The translations under genes and the position numbers were made by a program. Positions 8,298-17,040 of a stretch of DNA of 64,000 nt are shown here, piece after piece. The notes beneath the pieces were generated by a model. It did no database searches, had not been told where the DNA came from, and saw only the letters and a list, made by a program, of their open reading frames with translations. Origin of the DNA: a virus (Duplodnaviria; Caudoviricetes); the IMG/VR virus record IMGVR_UViG_3300036861_000232, positions 188-64,187 of that record. One strand, written 5' to 3'. How positions within the stretch are numbered: position 1 is the first letter of the stretch; each line of letters begins with the position of its first letter.

Positions 8298-8467
8298 TTT
8301 TTCACCATTGCGCTGATTGCTGCCGCAGTAATGTAATCCTTACCTGCAATGCGAATGAGTTCAAGGTTGCCCTTTTTGGCCTCGGTTCTGAGAGCAGAAA
8401 CGCTAGGGCCGTCATCACCAAAGAATTCCGCGCAGGCTTCGCGCAGGGAGTAGAGGGAGCGGGTCAT
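8090..8467 (-). CDS. xis: Excisionase-like HTH protein
   Basis: SLREAC...SALRTEAKKGNL..IRIAGKDY; C-terminus overlaps the int 5' end in another frame. Confidence 0.75.
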   Translation of the reverse strand: MTRSLYSLREACAEFFGDDGPSVSALRTEAKKGNLELIRIAGKDYITAAAISAMVKKCRIQRNPQGSISGNAKAESPHGLSLAERRKSAQLALSTITQELKKPSRNGLPTTKGRTHQNVVSMKSR

Positions 8468-8691
8468 GAAGAACTCTTTGGCGGCTTTGGAATTGGCATC
8501 CAGTGAGTTACCTGCCATTCGTCACCTAAATTTCCGTGCATGACATCACCGTTTCCGTTTATGAAGGCATCCGTCATCCGCTTATAGACGTAACCGCCTT
8601 CTCCCCTGCTCCACTTGCGAGCCAGAATGTCAAAGAACTTGTCTTTCTTTTCGCTCTTCATAAGAGAGTTGATCTGCTTCCACTCGCTCAT
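8464..8691 (-). CDS. DUF551-like protein
   Basis: MSEW...VTHWMPIPKPP. Confidence 0.75.
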   Translation of the reverse strand: MSEWKQINSLMKSEKKDKFFDILARKWSRGEGGYVYKRMTDAFINGNGDVMHGNLGDEWQVTHWMPIPKPPKSSS

Positions 8692-8900
8692 CTCACCGTT
8701 TCCTTAGCTTTCAGAACAGCCATAATCTTGCCCATGGTGCGGGCCACTACTGCGTTCGTGGTCCAGCTGGCCCAGTTTTCGTTAGCAATGCCCAGGCCAT
8801 CGCGCAGAGCCGCTTCGATCTTCTCCCGCAATTCCGGATCATCGGCCTCATGCCATTCGCCGGGGCCGTGTCCGTCCAGTGGATGACGGGGCCTGGTCAT
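8688..8900 (-). CDS. Hypothetical protein
   Basis: ATGA-coupled at both ends. Confidence 0.55.
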   Translation of the reverse strand: MTRPRHPLDGHGPGEWHEADDPELREKIEAALRDGLGIANENWASWTTNAVVARTMGKIMAVLKAKETVR

Positions 8901-9265
8901 CGTCCGTGCTTCGCTTTCATAATTGCAACGTGACTTTCATGCTTGGCTTTGGCCCGCCGGTTGTGATGCAGGCGGCCAATATCTCCGTCTCTTGTCGTTA
9001 TCCGCTGCGTTCCGCCGGAGCCGAAGGTTTTGTTTCTGTCATGTCCACGCAGATAGATATCCAAGTACGCCGGATCAGCCTGCGCCGGAATGTAATCGGT
9101 CCGATCTTCATTGACTTCGCGCTCGATGAGCGGCGGGTTGTGGTCGATGGTAACATCGGCAGCGCCTAATCCGCCTTCACATCCGCACTTGCACACAAAT
9201 TTCTGTCGGATACAGGCGATCCGCACATTACGCATGGGGACTTTCTGGCGAGCGGGGCGGTTCAT
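8897..9265 (-). CDS. HNH-like nuclease
   Basis: CKCGC...IDHNPPL...H..KT...D..R pattern. Confidence 0.55.
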   Translation of the reverse strand: MNRPARQKVPMRNVRIACIRQKFVCKCGCEGGLGAADVTIDHNPPLIEREVNEDRTDYIPAQADPAYLDIYLRGHDRNKTFGSGGTQRITTRDGDIGRLHHNRRAKAKHESHVAIMKAKHGR

Positions 9266-9693
9266 GCGACCAGCTTCCATGCTTCGAATTCACGCATCAG
9301 ATTCCTGAACTTGGCGGCAGCCTGGACGTTGTGATCGAGTTCGGCGCGGGAGCTAACGCCGCAATAGGTTCGCAAGAACACTACAGGGTCACTAACCGCC
9401 ATCGGATCAGTGCGCCAATACTTCTCTGCCAGGAACTCTCCAAACGATCCTTCCACACATACAATCCCCGCCCACTGCGCTAATTTTCCTCCGCGAGGCT
9501 TCTCTGCCTTGGCATTGGGATCAAGTCGAGCGATAGCAACGGGAACGCTCTTGTCAGTACGCGGACAACCGAATGCAGCAATGAAGGAATCAGCCTGCTC
9601 AATTGGAATTTCAAGAATGATTTTGGCGACCTTTCTCGTCGGTACAAAATCAAGGTGAGTATACTGAGCCTGCATTGCCGCATCGCCTTTCAT
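9262..9693 (-). CDS. Conserved phage protein of the recombination cluster
   Basis: LAQWAGIVC...F..FL...CGVSSRAELD motif. Confidence 0.55.
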   Translation of the reverse strand: MKGDAAMQAQYTHLDFVPTRKVAKIILEIPIEQADSFIAAFGCPRTDKSVPVAIARLDPNAKAEKPRGGKLAQWAGIVCVEGSFGEFLAEKYWRTDPMAVSDPVVFLRTYCGVSSRAELDHNVQAAAKFRNLMREFEAWKLVA

Positions 9694-9694
9694 A

Positions 9695-10108
9695 TTAAAA
9701 TGGAACCTCATCGTCGAGTTCAACCGGCGCATTGGGATGACGTGAAGGCGCGGAAGGTTGAGCTTGAGCCGTTCTGACTGCAGCGGGCGGACCACCTGGG
9801 ACAGAACGCACTCTCAATGCAGGAACGCTGCGGCCTTGAAAGTCCACCATGGATTCAGTGAGCATGATCTGTCGGCCGGACCAATGATCGGTTTCCGGCC
9901 CGTACATGGCGGCAATGTTGTTGGCATTGGTCTTGTTGAGAATCATGCCCTTTTCTTTGCCTTGAAAATAAACACACATCTTTTGCTCGGTATCCCGGCC
10001 CTGACCCATCGTTACCCATTCAACCCGGTCCATGGTGACGACGACGTTGCGGCCCTGTAGATCAGAGGCCTTGAGATAATTTGAGGGGAAAGCATCGTTG
10101 ATGTTCAT
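9695..10108 (-). CDS. Putative ssDNA-binding protein
   Basis: FPSNYLKASDL...LNKTN motif and acidic tail DDEVPF. Confidence 0.65.
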   Translation of the reverse strand: MNINDAFPSNYLKASDLQGRNVVVTMDRVEWVTMGQGRDTEQKMCVYFQGKEKGMILNKTNANNIAAMYGPETDHWSGRQIMLTESMVDFQGRSVPALRVRSVPGGPPAAVRTAQAQPSAPSRHPNAPVELDDEVPF

Positions 10109-10132
10109 GTGCGGTTCCTTTGCGGTTCGGTT

Positions 10133-10627
10133 TCATTTGCAACGTATCGTAAGACCGACGCCTCCGTTGCTGAGTGTGGCGCCTGGAATCTCCTGACCAT
10201 GCAAAAGGAATTCCTTGATTCTGGCCTTGTCGGGTTCCTTCTTAATGCGGAAAAGATTTGATGGAATTTGTGTCTCATCAAGAATCATGACGAAGGCAGG
10301 CTTCTGGCTGAGAGACAAGGTAGCCTCCGGTAAAACCACTTTCTTCTCCTGTGCATACTCCATCAACTTCTGGATCAAGTCGCGCATGGCGTCAGACTTG
10401 CGTTCTAGGCGGCCCATGCGCGCATCAAGATTTTTGCGCCGCCAAGCAATGCCCTCAATCATGCTGTCAGCTTCGTTCATTTCATTGAGACAGGCGGTGA
10501 CAGCCTTGAGAAAATCGGTCCCCTGATAGACAACCCGCTGGCGCAGTTCTGCATCCTCGGCAAGCTCCGGCCAGCACAGAAACAGGCCGTCGAGAAACTG
10601 GGTTAGGATTTGCGGATTGAAATTCAT
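10133..10627 (-). CDS. Siphovirus Gp157-family protein
   Basis: Coiled coil followed by I.DE..IP...K.EPDK..IK..L..G.EIPGA.L. Confidence 0.8.
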   Translation of the reverse strand: MNFNPQILTQFLDGLFLCWPELAEDAELRQRVVYQGTDFLKAVTACLNEMNEADSMIEGIAWRRKNLDARMGRLERKSDAMRDLIQKLMEYAQEKKVVLPEATLSLSQKPAFVMILDETQIPSNLFRIKKEPDKARIKEFLLHGQEIPGATLSNGGVGLTIRCK

Positions 10628-10824
10628 GCTCCAACCTCCCCGTTCATCACATGATCAATTGCCGCGATAGCATCTTGCAGGTGTATGCGGGCAACGCGGA
10701 TGCTGGTGCGGGCGTGAGGATGAAGATTCTGATAATCGACGCCCCATATTGCATCCGCCTTGACCATGCAATCAGATGCAATGGCTTCAAGAGCGGATAT
10801 TTGCAAAGCTTCACGGGTATTCAT
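10624..10824 (-). CDS. Hypothetical protein
   Basis: ATGA-coupled ORF in the leftward operon. Confidence 0.55.
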   Translation of the reverse strand: MNTREALQISALEAIASDCMVKADAIWGVDYQNLHPHARTSIRVARIHLQDAIAAIDHVMNGEVGA

Positions 10825-11012
10825 TCGTCAGCGCACTCCTCACACAGGTTCACCCAATAACCCTCTCCATCTCTGAACGAGCACCAGCCGTTGTCTCTGG
10901 CATCCGCCATCATGATTTTGAAATCATCCGGATCATAGGTCTTGCCGTCGCCCATGCTGCAGCCGCAGCCGTCGCAGAGCAGCTCGATTAAGGTGCTGTG
11001 ACGCTCAATCAT
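10821..11012 (-). CDS. Zn-binding protein (CDGC...CEEC)
   Basis: Two CxxC pairs; coupled start. Confidence 0.6.
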   Translation of the reverse strand: MIERHSTLIELLCDGCGCSMGDGKTYDPDDFKIMMADARDNGWCSFRDGEGYWVNLCEECADE

Positions 11013-11242
11013 GGTTTCCCCGCCAATCCGCAGAAGCCGGTGTTTTCGTATTCGGTAGGATACCCAGCGCGTTGAGGCTTCGCCTTCTCTTTGCCAATCC
11101 GCCAGGCCATGCACTGAGAGGCGATGCAGCGATTTATGTTGTCGCTCCATTTGCCGCGATTGTTGACAATCGAGCCAGTGCCTGCCCTTGTCAGCCGCAC
11201 AAACGGGCACCACTTCGTCTTTGCTTCTTCTTCAGTCAGCAT
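11009..11242 (-). CDS. Cys-rich hypothetical protein
   Basis: WCPF...CIASQCMAWR...GFCGLAG. Confidence 0.65.
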   Translation of the reverse strand: MLTEEEAKTKWCPFVRLTRAGTGSIVNNRGKWSDNINRCIASQCMAWRIGKEKAKPQRAGYPTEYENTGFCGLAGKP

Positions 11243-11567
11243 CTTCAGCCTCTATCTCTCTTACACCTCTGCCGGCACAATCTTCACATGTCACCGGTCG
11301 CTCCAGCCCCGGACAGACAGTCATCATCTGATTGCCAGTGCCAAGGCAGGATGGGCATTTGATAGGGCGGGTGAGGCCGGACGCTACCCCGGCTGTCCGT
11401 TGCCAGCTACGCAGGGCATCATGACCGGACATTACCTGCGATTTTTGCGGCTTGCGTGTCTGCTTTCCACGCCGCTCACCCATAGATTCAAATTCGTTCA
11501 TCATGGCTCTCAATGTGCCGTCGAGCAGAGTGCGCAGGGCGAAATCTATGAGGGGCTTGTCAGTCAT
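11232..11567 (-). CDS. Protein with DnaJ-type CxxCxGxG Zn finger
   Basis: CPSCLGTG...CEDCAGRG. Confidence 0.6.
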   Translation of the reverse strand: MTDKPLIDFALRTLLDGTLRAMMNEFESMGERRGKQTRKPQKSQVMSGHDALRSWQRTAGVASGLTRPIKCPSCLGTGNQMMTVCPGLERPVTCEDCAGRGVREIEAEDAD

Positions 11568-11779
11568 GGTTGCTCATATGGATCGTCCTCACATGGAAGA
11601 AGATCATCGTCGTTATATTCTTGGCCTTCGTCCCATGGAGCGCATCCATGCGCAAAGAACAGCCCGCATTTCTTACAGCGGTGCCCGTAATAGTCTTCCT
11701 CAAAGTCATGGACGAGACCGCAGGTGTCTTTGGCATCACTTTCCTTGTGAGGCTCACCGACGTAATCACGATCAGTCAT
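11564..11779 (-). CDS. Acidic Cys/His-rich protein
   Basis: C..H...CKKCG; ATGA-coupled to the next gene. Confidence 0.55.
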   Translation of the reverse strand: MTDRDYVGEPHKESDAKDTCGLVHDFEEDYYGHRCKKCGLFFAHGCAPWDEGQEYNDDDLLPCEDDPYEQP

Positions 11780-11918
11780 GGTCGCCCTCATCGGTTAGGT
11801 TACAGATGGCAAAGACGAGGGAGGCGATAACCCCGCCGAGAATCAGGCCAATGATAAAGGCGAGAGTGATCATGGGGTTTTGCCTCGGGCTTTCTTGAGA
11901 GTATTTCGCTGCTCATGG

Positions 11919-12371
11919 CTACGGCCTCTCAATCGTGAAGCCGTAATGAGAAGAAGGAGCGGCCCGGTCTTCCGCCTCTGGCGCCTCAGATTGCGCCGCA
12001 CCTGGATTGGGCGAATTGGGCGAAATTTTTCCGCCCAACAATGCGCGAGCCCTGTTAATCCGGTCATCTTCCTCGATAAAAAATCGCAGTCCCACAGTGA
12101 TGCACGGGTGCTCCTTGATCATGCCGATCACCTCAAGCAATTCAACGACTGATTGCGCCCCCGCCTCTGGCGCCTCAGGTTTAGACGCCGCATTTTCGGA
12201 AACTGTGAACCCCAGCTCTTTAGCCGCCTGCCTGAAATTGTAGACCACGCATTCGTCAAAGCGTGCGGCGGCAATCATGTTGTAGAACCCGACATGGGCT
12301 GCCAGCAGCGCGCATTCGGCTGCTTTTTTCAGGTAGAACTCGGCAGCAGCAATCTGCTTGTGATTGGCCAT
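11919..12371 (-). CDS. Hypothetical protein with internal EAPEA repeat
   Basis: ORF starting MANHKQ; contains an 18-bp repeat. Confidence 0.5.
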   Translation of the reverse strand: MANHKQIAAAEFYLKKAAECALLAAHVGFYNMIAAARFDECVVYNFRQAAKELGFTVSENAASKPEAPEAGAQSVVELLEVIGMIKEHPCITVGLRFFIEEDDRINRARALLGGKISPNSPNPGAAQSEAPEAEDRAAPSSHYGFTIERP

Positions 12372-12382
12372 CGGATGTCTCA

Positions 12383-12532
12383 TTAAACTTCGATGCATAG
12401 AGATTTCTGCTGGATGGAATTGGGAATGATCAGGTCCTGCTTTGCGACCGTCGGGATTGCTGTCCACACGACAACCGCAATCGCCAGCATTAGGGTGACT
12501 GCCATTCCTGATAAGAGTCGTACCGGGGTCAT
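12383..12532 (-). CDS. Small single-TM protein
   Basis: Manual translation MTPVRLLSGMAVTLMLAIAVVVW...; coupled start. Confidence 0.5.
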   Translation of the reverse strand: MTPVRLLSGMAVTLMLAIAVVVWTAIPTVAKQDLIIPNSIQQKSLCIEV

Positions 12533-12912
12533 TGGCTGCCCTCCGGGACTTCACCCTCGCCGCCACAATCATCACAGGTCACGGCAAGAGTTCCCCTGCC
12601 ATCACAACGAGTGCATTTGACCATCTTGGGAGGAACAGGACGGGTTAGGTCGTTATCATCCTGATCGTAGCTGTGCTCGTCGTCGTTGGTTGGATACTTT
12701 TTTCTAGACGCCGCATTGGTAAGCGCCGCAATTAATTCATTGCTGTGCTGCTCACGTTTCAGAATTGTCATAATTTCATTTGGCAATGTTTTATCCTGGC
12801 TAAGAAGGGATAGGGCAGCATGACAGCGTCGGAGCAAATCCATAATTTGTTCCTGTTCTCCATTGCTGTGCAGTTTGCGTGGCTTGCCGCTCTTATATCC
12901 GCCCTTGGTCAT
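12529..12912 (-). CDS. First gene of the leftward operon, with CxxCxGxG Zn finger
   Basis: CTRCDGRG...CDDCGGEG. Confidence 0.6.
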   Translation of the reverse strand: MTKGGYKSGKPRKLHSNGEQEQIMDLLRRCHAALSLLSQDKTLPNEIMTILKREQHSNELIAALTNAASRKKYPTNDDEHSYDQDDNDLTRPVPPKMVKCTRCDGRGTLAVTCDDCGGEGEVPEGSQ

Positions 12913-12941
12913 TGGCTGCCTCATTGATTGGCTGAGAGGCA

Positions 12942-12992
12942 TTTATAGTACCGCTAAAATAATACGGCAAGGAATATTTTAGTACAGCTTCA
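12942..12992 (-). promoter_or_regulatory. PL-like promoter with two operators
   Basis: Minus strand TTGCCG-17 nt-TATAAA; operators TATAGTACCGCTAAA (12944-12958) and TTTAGTACAGCTTCA (12978-12992). Confidence 0.75.
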
Positions 12993-13112
12993 AAATCTGA
13001 TAATGAAGGGTTTTATGAGGTGTCCGATAAAATCGGACAACTGCCGCTACCCGGCGTTGACGGTAAAATGTCGCTAGGATCGTATTAGAAGCCCAAGGAA
13101 GGCGGGAAGGGC

Positions 13113-13439
13113 TTAGGTGCCCGTTTGCTTGAGCGCTGTGAGAATTACCGCTGCCAGCTTCCGCTGGGTCGGCGTAAGGGTTTCCCAGATGGTCCAGGGA
13201 TTGTCAGGCTCAAGCGGATTGCGAATGAGCAAATCGACCGGTTGGCAGCCCAGCGCATCGGCTAAAGCCTCGAGCATTGGCTGCGTATAAGCCATCTTTC
13301 CCTTCTCGAGTTGAGAAATTGCACCGGCAGTCACCTCGATTCTCTCAGCCAATTGCTCTTGGGTGAGATGACGGTAGAGACGCCATTCCTTGATGTAAGT
13401 CCTTCGTTTTGTTTTGAGATTTGATTTCACTTTTGCCAT
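13113..13439 (-). CDS. CI-like XRE repressor without a peptidase domain
   Basis: HTH LTQEQLAERIEVTAGAISQLEKG; divergent from the cro-like gene. Confidence 0.88.
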   Translation of the reverse strand: MAKVKSNLKTKRRTYIKEWRLYRHLTQEQLAERIEVTAGAISQLEKGKMAYTQPMLEALADALGCQPVDLLIRNPLEPDNPWTIWETLTPTQRKLAAVILTALKQTGT

Positions 13440-13447
13440 GCCAGGTT

Positions 13448-13526
13448 TTTAGTCCCGCTAAATAGATAATTGAAGCAAGCACAGCTTAAAAATTGTAGTT
13501 GAACTAAAATTAAGCTGTGCTATAAA
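13448..13526 (+). promoter_or_regulatory. OR-like operator array and PR promoter
   Basis: Four 15-bp AG-N5-CT semi-palindromes at 13448, 13475, 13494 and 13510; TTGAAC-16 nt-TATAAA. Confidence 0.78.
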
Positions 13527-13532
13527 ACGGCC

Positions 13533-13730
13533 ATGAATGCCCTTGAGAAATTCCTGGCCGATAGCGGGATGTCGAAGTCAGAATTTGCGAAGCGAGTTGG
13601 CGTCACACCTGGCCGTGTGAGCCAGCTCGTGAACAATCCGCATGAGCGCCCAGGCCGTGACTTAATCGCGAGAATTGAACAGGTAACAGATGGCAGAGTC
13701 GCGTTCCGAGATTGGATAGACGCGGCCTGA
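13533..13730 (+). CDS. Cro-like HTH protein
   Basis: SKSEFAKRVGVTPGRVSQL...RP.....RIE.VT.G.V. Confidence 0.85.
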   Translation: MNALEKFLADSGMSKSEFAKRVGVTPGRVSQLVNNPHERPGRDLIARIEQVTDGRVAFRDWIDAA

Positions 13731-13938
13731 ACGGCGGAATGTTTTGATTAGCGCGGCATAGGGTCGTTCCCTCGACCTCATCGCCGCGATCTATTGAGGC
13801 CAAGATAATGTGCTTGAATTCACTTCAGGACAAGAGTTTTCGCTGCTTATTGCTCATGCCGGCAGCAAGAAGCGGCCCGGCTCTGAGCGCTAACTCAGCC
13901 GGGCCATTGTTTGTTGCGACGACTGATGCGTAGGCACC

Positions 13939-13975
13939 TCGGGCCGCTTTAAACGGCGGTTCGGGGTTTTTTCTT
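13939..13975 (+). terminator. Rho-independent terminator (tR-like)
   Basis: Hairpin CTCGGGCCGC-tttaaacg-GCGGTTCGGG followed by a T run. Confidence 0.6.
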
Positions 13976-14237
13976 AGAGGCTAGAGGCTAAGAGGGAAGA
14001 AATGCGGCGGGCACTGACGATTCTTCAGTACGGAATTTACGTCTTTCCGATCGGCCCATCCGGCTTCGATATCAGCAGTAATTCTTATGTCTACCCAGAC
14101 TCGGGGAATGCTGCCGCATCGATCCCCGACAGGTCGCGGGGGAACTCAACAGCCCCGAAGATTTCTCCGCGACCGCTTCTTCACTGCCTGCGCAATTGGT
14201 TATTCAAATTTGTCGAGAGATACGGGGGAGCGCTGGA

Positions 14238-14480
14238 ATGACTTGGCAGCCGATAGAAACAGCGCCGAAGGATGGGACGCGGATACTTATTTGGGACGAC
14301 GACGAAGGTGGTTATGAAATCGGGTTCTGGTCGAGCAACCATGAATCGTGGCTCGATAACGACATCTGCGACGGCGACCCTGGAAAGTATTGGCCAGGGG
14401 ACTTGCTAGGAAACACAATTTTTGAGCCCACCCACTGGATGCCTTTGCCTGAGCCTCCCGCTGCAAAGAAAAGCGCATGA
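14238..14480 (+). CDS. DUF551-like protein
   Basis: WQPIETAPKDG...PTHWMPLPEPP. Confidence 0.85.
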   Translation: MTWQPIETAPKDGTRILIWDDDEGGYEIGFWSSNHESWLDNDICDGDPGKYWPGDLLGNTIFEPTHWMPLPEPPAAKKSA

Positions 14481-14523
14481 CCCACGATCTCTTCAGCCAT
14501 GCCTTAGCCTGCGAGACGGGAAA

Positions 14524-14859
14524 ATGACAAAACCAAGCATCACAGGTGGCGCTTTTATAGATTCTGATCTTTTTGAGCGGGCCTTAGCCCGCCGCAGTGA
14601 TCCGCAAACCAGCCATGATGCTGCCGATACGGTGACGCCTAGCCTAACGCATCTGGAACAGATGGTTTACGCCGCTCTCAAGAATGCCTGGTTTCATGGC
14701 CTGACGATTGATGAACTGGTTACCGTCACGCATCTGGAAAAAGTAACCGTCTCGCCGCGCTTAAGGCCTCTGTGTGAGAAGGGCTTGGTGCGAGAGGCGC
14801 ATTTCACACGGGCGGGAAAATCCGGCCGGCAGCAGACGGTGTGGCTGGCAAGGCAATGA
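14524..14859 (+). CDS. Winged-HTH phage protein
   Basis: ARRSDPQTSHDAA...LT..EL...VSPRL..L...GLV. Confidence 0.7.
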   Translation: MTKPSITGGAFIDSDLFERALARRSDPQTSHDAADTVTPSLTHLEQMVYAALKNAWFHGLTIDELVTVTHLEKVTVSPRLRPLCEKGLVREAHFTRAGKSGRQQTVWLARQ

Positions 14860-16964
14860 GCGTGAAGATTCTCATTGGCGATGTCAGGGAGAAGCTGAAA
14901 GAATTAGCTGACGAGAGCGTGCATTGCGTGGTGACAAGTCCACCCTATTGGGGCCTAAGGGATTATGGAGTCGGCGGGCAGATTGGTATGGAGCTGACTT
15001 GGCAAGATCACGTTGAAAATATTGCTCAAGTTTTCGATATGGTTAAACGCGTTCTGCGCAAGGATGGCACGCTGTGGCTCAATTATGGGGATAGTTATGC
15101 GGCTGGTGGACGAGGTGGCGGCGCAGACGGCAGCAAGCAACAAACCAATATCGGCGCTCTGCTCGGGCCAAAGAAAGCGCCGTCTGATCTCAAGCCCAAA
15201 GACCTCTGCGGCATCCCCTGGCGTGTCGCCTTCGCCCTGCAGGAGCGGGGCTGGTATCTCAGGCAGGATATCATATGGTGTCTTTCGGGCGGCGCATGGT
15301 TGTATGCGTCGACATCGGCGGGCTATGGCCCCGTCATGCTCAAAGATTTGGTTCGCTTAAACCCAGAAACCGTTGAGCTATGGAACGGTCTGGGGTGGAC
15401 TAAGGTAACGCAATGGACGAAACGACCGGGGCGGGCCGAGGCAACAGAACTGGTTTTGCGGTCAGGCGAGCGCGTGAGCTGCACAGCCAACCATGTGTGG
15501 CCCACACAGCGTGGCAATCTTCGAACGGACGAACTCAAGGCAGGCGATGTTCTCCAGACCACGAAGTTGCCCGATATGGGCGGGCCGGGAGGGTGGATCA
15601 CTGATAATGCCTTCTGGTTTGCGGGATTATATTTGGCGGAAGGTAGCAGGTCCGGTGAGACTATTCAGATCGCGGGCCATATCAAAGAAGTCACCCGAGC
15701 TGAACGCATTAAGCGTCTTGTCGAGCATTACGGCGGCTCGGCGCGGGTTTATAACCATAAGGGCAATTCCCAAAGTATCCATGTTGATAGCGTTGGCCTA
15801 GCTGCTATCGTCAAAACGCTTGTTGCGGGGCGAACGGCAAAGGACAAACATCTCGCCCCAGCCGCTTGGCAATATAGCGACTGGTGTTTGCAGCAATTTG
15901 TGTTCGGATACCTCGAGGGCGATGGCCATCACGATTTAGCGAACGAGAGAGTTCGCCTCGGCTTCTGTCGGAATTATGCGCTTGAGCGAGACCTGCGCTG
16001 TTTGGCGGCTCGGCTCGGCGCAACGCTCACCCTCAATCTGAGTACAGCAAAGAATCAGACTGGCAGCTTTCCGTCTTTCAAGGGTGAATGGCGTTGGGAA
16101 CGTTCCGGCCACCACAATGAAAAGGATAGAGGCGAGATCATCGCCATCCGCCGCTCAAGGGCGCGGCAGTTTTGGGACGTGACGGTTGCCGATGATCCGC
16201 ACCTATTTGCTCTTTCATCCGGCGTTCTAACACACAATTCAAAGCCGAATCCCATGCCCGAGTCAGTCAAGGACCGATGCACCAAGGCGCACGAATATGT
16301 GTTCCTGCTGACGAAGAGCCCAAGATATTATTTCGATGCAGAGGCGATTGCTGAACCATCAATCAAAGAAGACGCGCAGAAGTCATACCATCGTGCGGAC
16401 AACGCCAAATACGATGGCGTCCCGCACGAAAGATGGAAAGATCAATTCGACGGACGAACGTGGGGTGATGCAGGCACCCGCAACAAGCGTTCTGTCTGGG
16501 AAATCGCCACATCACCTTTTCCCGAAGCGCATTTCGCAACTTTCCCCCCAGAGCTGCCAGAGATTTGCATAAAGGCGGGAACGAGCGAGAAGGGGTGTTG
16601 CGCGAAGTGTGGGAAGCCGTGGGTAAGAATTACTGAGCCTGCTGAAAGCACAAGGCGCGGGCCTGTTGCAAGCGGATGGCGCGAGAACTCATTGCGAGCA
16701 GAACTCGGCGCATCGGTTACATGTGGAACAACCAAGACACACACCATTGGATGGCTCCCATCCTGTGAATGCAACATTGATCCGAGAGAGTTTATCCCCT
16801 GCACCGTTCTTGATCCCTTCGCCGGCGCTGGCACAACCGGCCTAGTTGCCGACCGCCTGCAGCGCAATGCCGTCCTCATAGAACTCAATCCCGAATATGC
16901 CGCCATGGCGGAGAAGAGAATTTCCAACGACGCGCCAATGTTCACGGAGGTAGCCGCCGAATGA
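14856..16964 (+). CDS. Amino (m4C/m6A) DNA methyltransferase, beta class, intein-containing
   Basis: N-terminal TSPPY, HFATFP and C-terminal VLDPFAGAGTTG. Confidence 0.92.
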   Translation: MSVKILIGDVREKLKELADESVHCVVTSPPYWGLRDYGVGGQIGMELTWQDHVENIAQVFDMVKRVLRKDGTLWLNYGDSYAAGGRGGGADGSKQQTNIGALLGPKKAPSDLKPKDLCGIPWRVAFALQERGWYLRQDIIWCLSGGAWLYASTSAGYGPVMLKDLVRLNPETVELWNGLGWTKVTQWTKRPGRAEATELVLRSGERVSCTANHVWPTQRGNLRTDELKAGDVLQTTKLPDMGGPGGWITDNAFWFAGLYLAEGSRSGETIQIAGHIKEVTRAERIKRLVEHYGGSARVYNHKGNSQSIHVDSVGLAAIVKTLVAGRTAKDKHLAPAAWQYSDWCLQQFVFGYLEGDGHHDLANERVRLGFCRNYALERDLRCLAARLGATLTLNLSTAKNQTGSFPSFKGEWRWERSGHHNEKDRGEIIAIRRSRARQFWDVTVADDPHLFALSSGVLTHNSKPNPMPESVKDRCTKAHEYVFLLTKSPRYYFDAEAIAEPSIKEDAQKSYHRADNAKYDGVPHERWKDQFDGRTWGDAGTRNKRSVWEIATSPFPEAHFATFPPELPEICIKAGTSEKGCCAKCGKPWVRITEPAESTRRGPVASGWRENSLRAELGASVTCGTTKTHTIGWLPSCECNIDPREFIPCTVLDPFAGAGTTGLVADRLQRNAVLIELNPEYAAMAEKRISNDAPMFTEVAAE
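15279..16238 (+). mobile_element. Intein with LAGLIDADG homing endonuclease (320 aa)
   Basis: Splits DIIW|SKPNPMPES; begins CLSG, ends LTHN before Ser; contains GLYLAEGS and GYLEGDG motifs. Confidence 0.93.
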
Positions 16965-17040
16965 CCTCAGTTCACCAAACCCTGTGGACGAAAGACCTCG
17001 ATGCCAAGCTGATCCGCTTGCGCAAACAGGTGGTGCTCAC

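Noticed and set aside
3683-12920. Short repeats as a CRISPR array or integron attC sites
   Set aside because: There are several different repeat families with irregular, gene-sized spacing; they are not palindromic and no cas genes are present.
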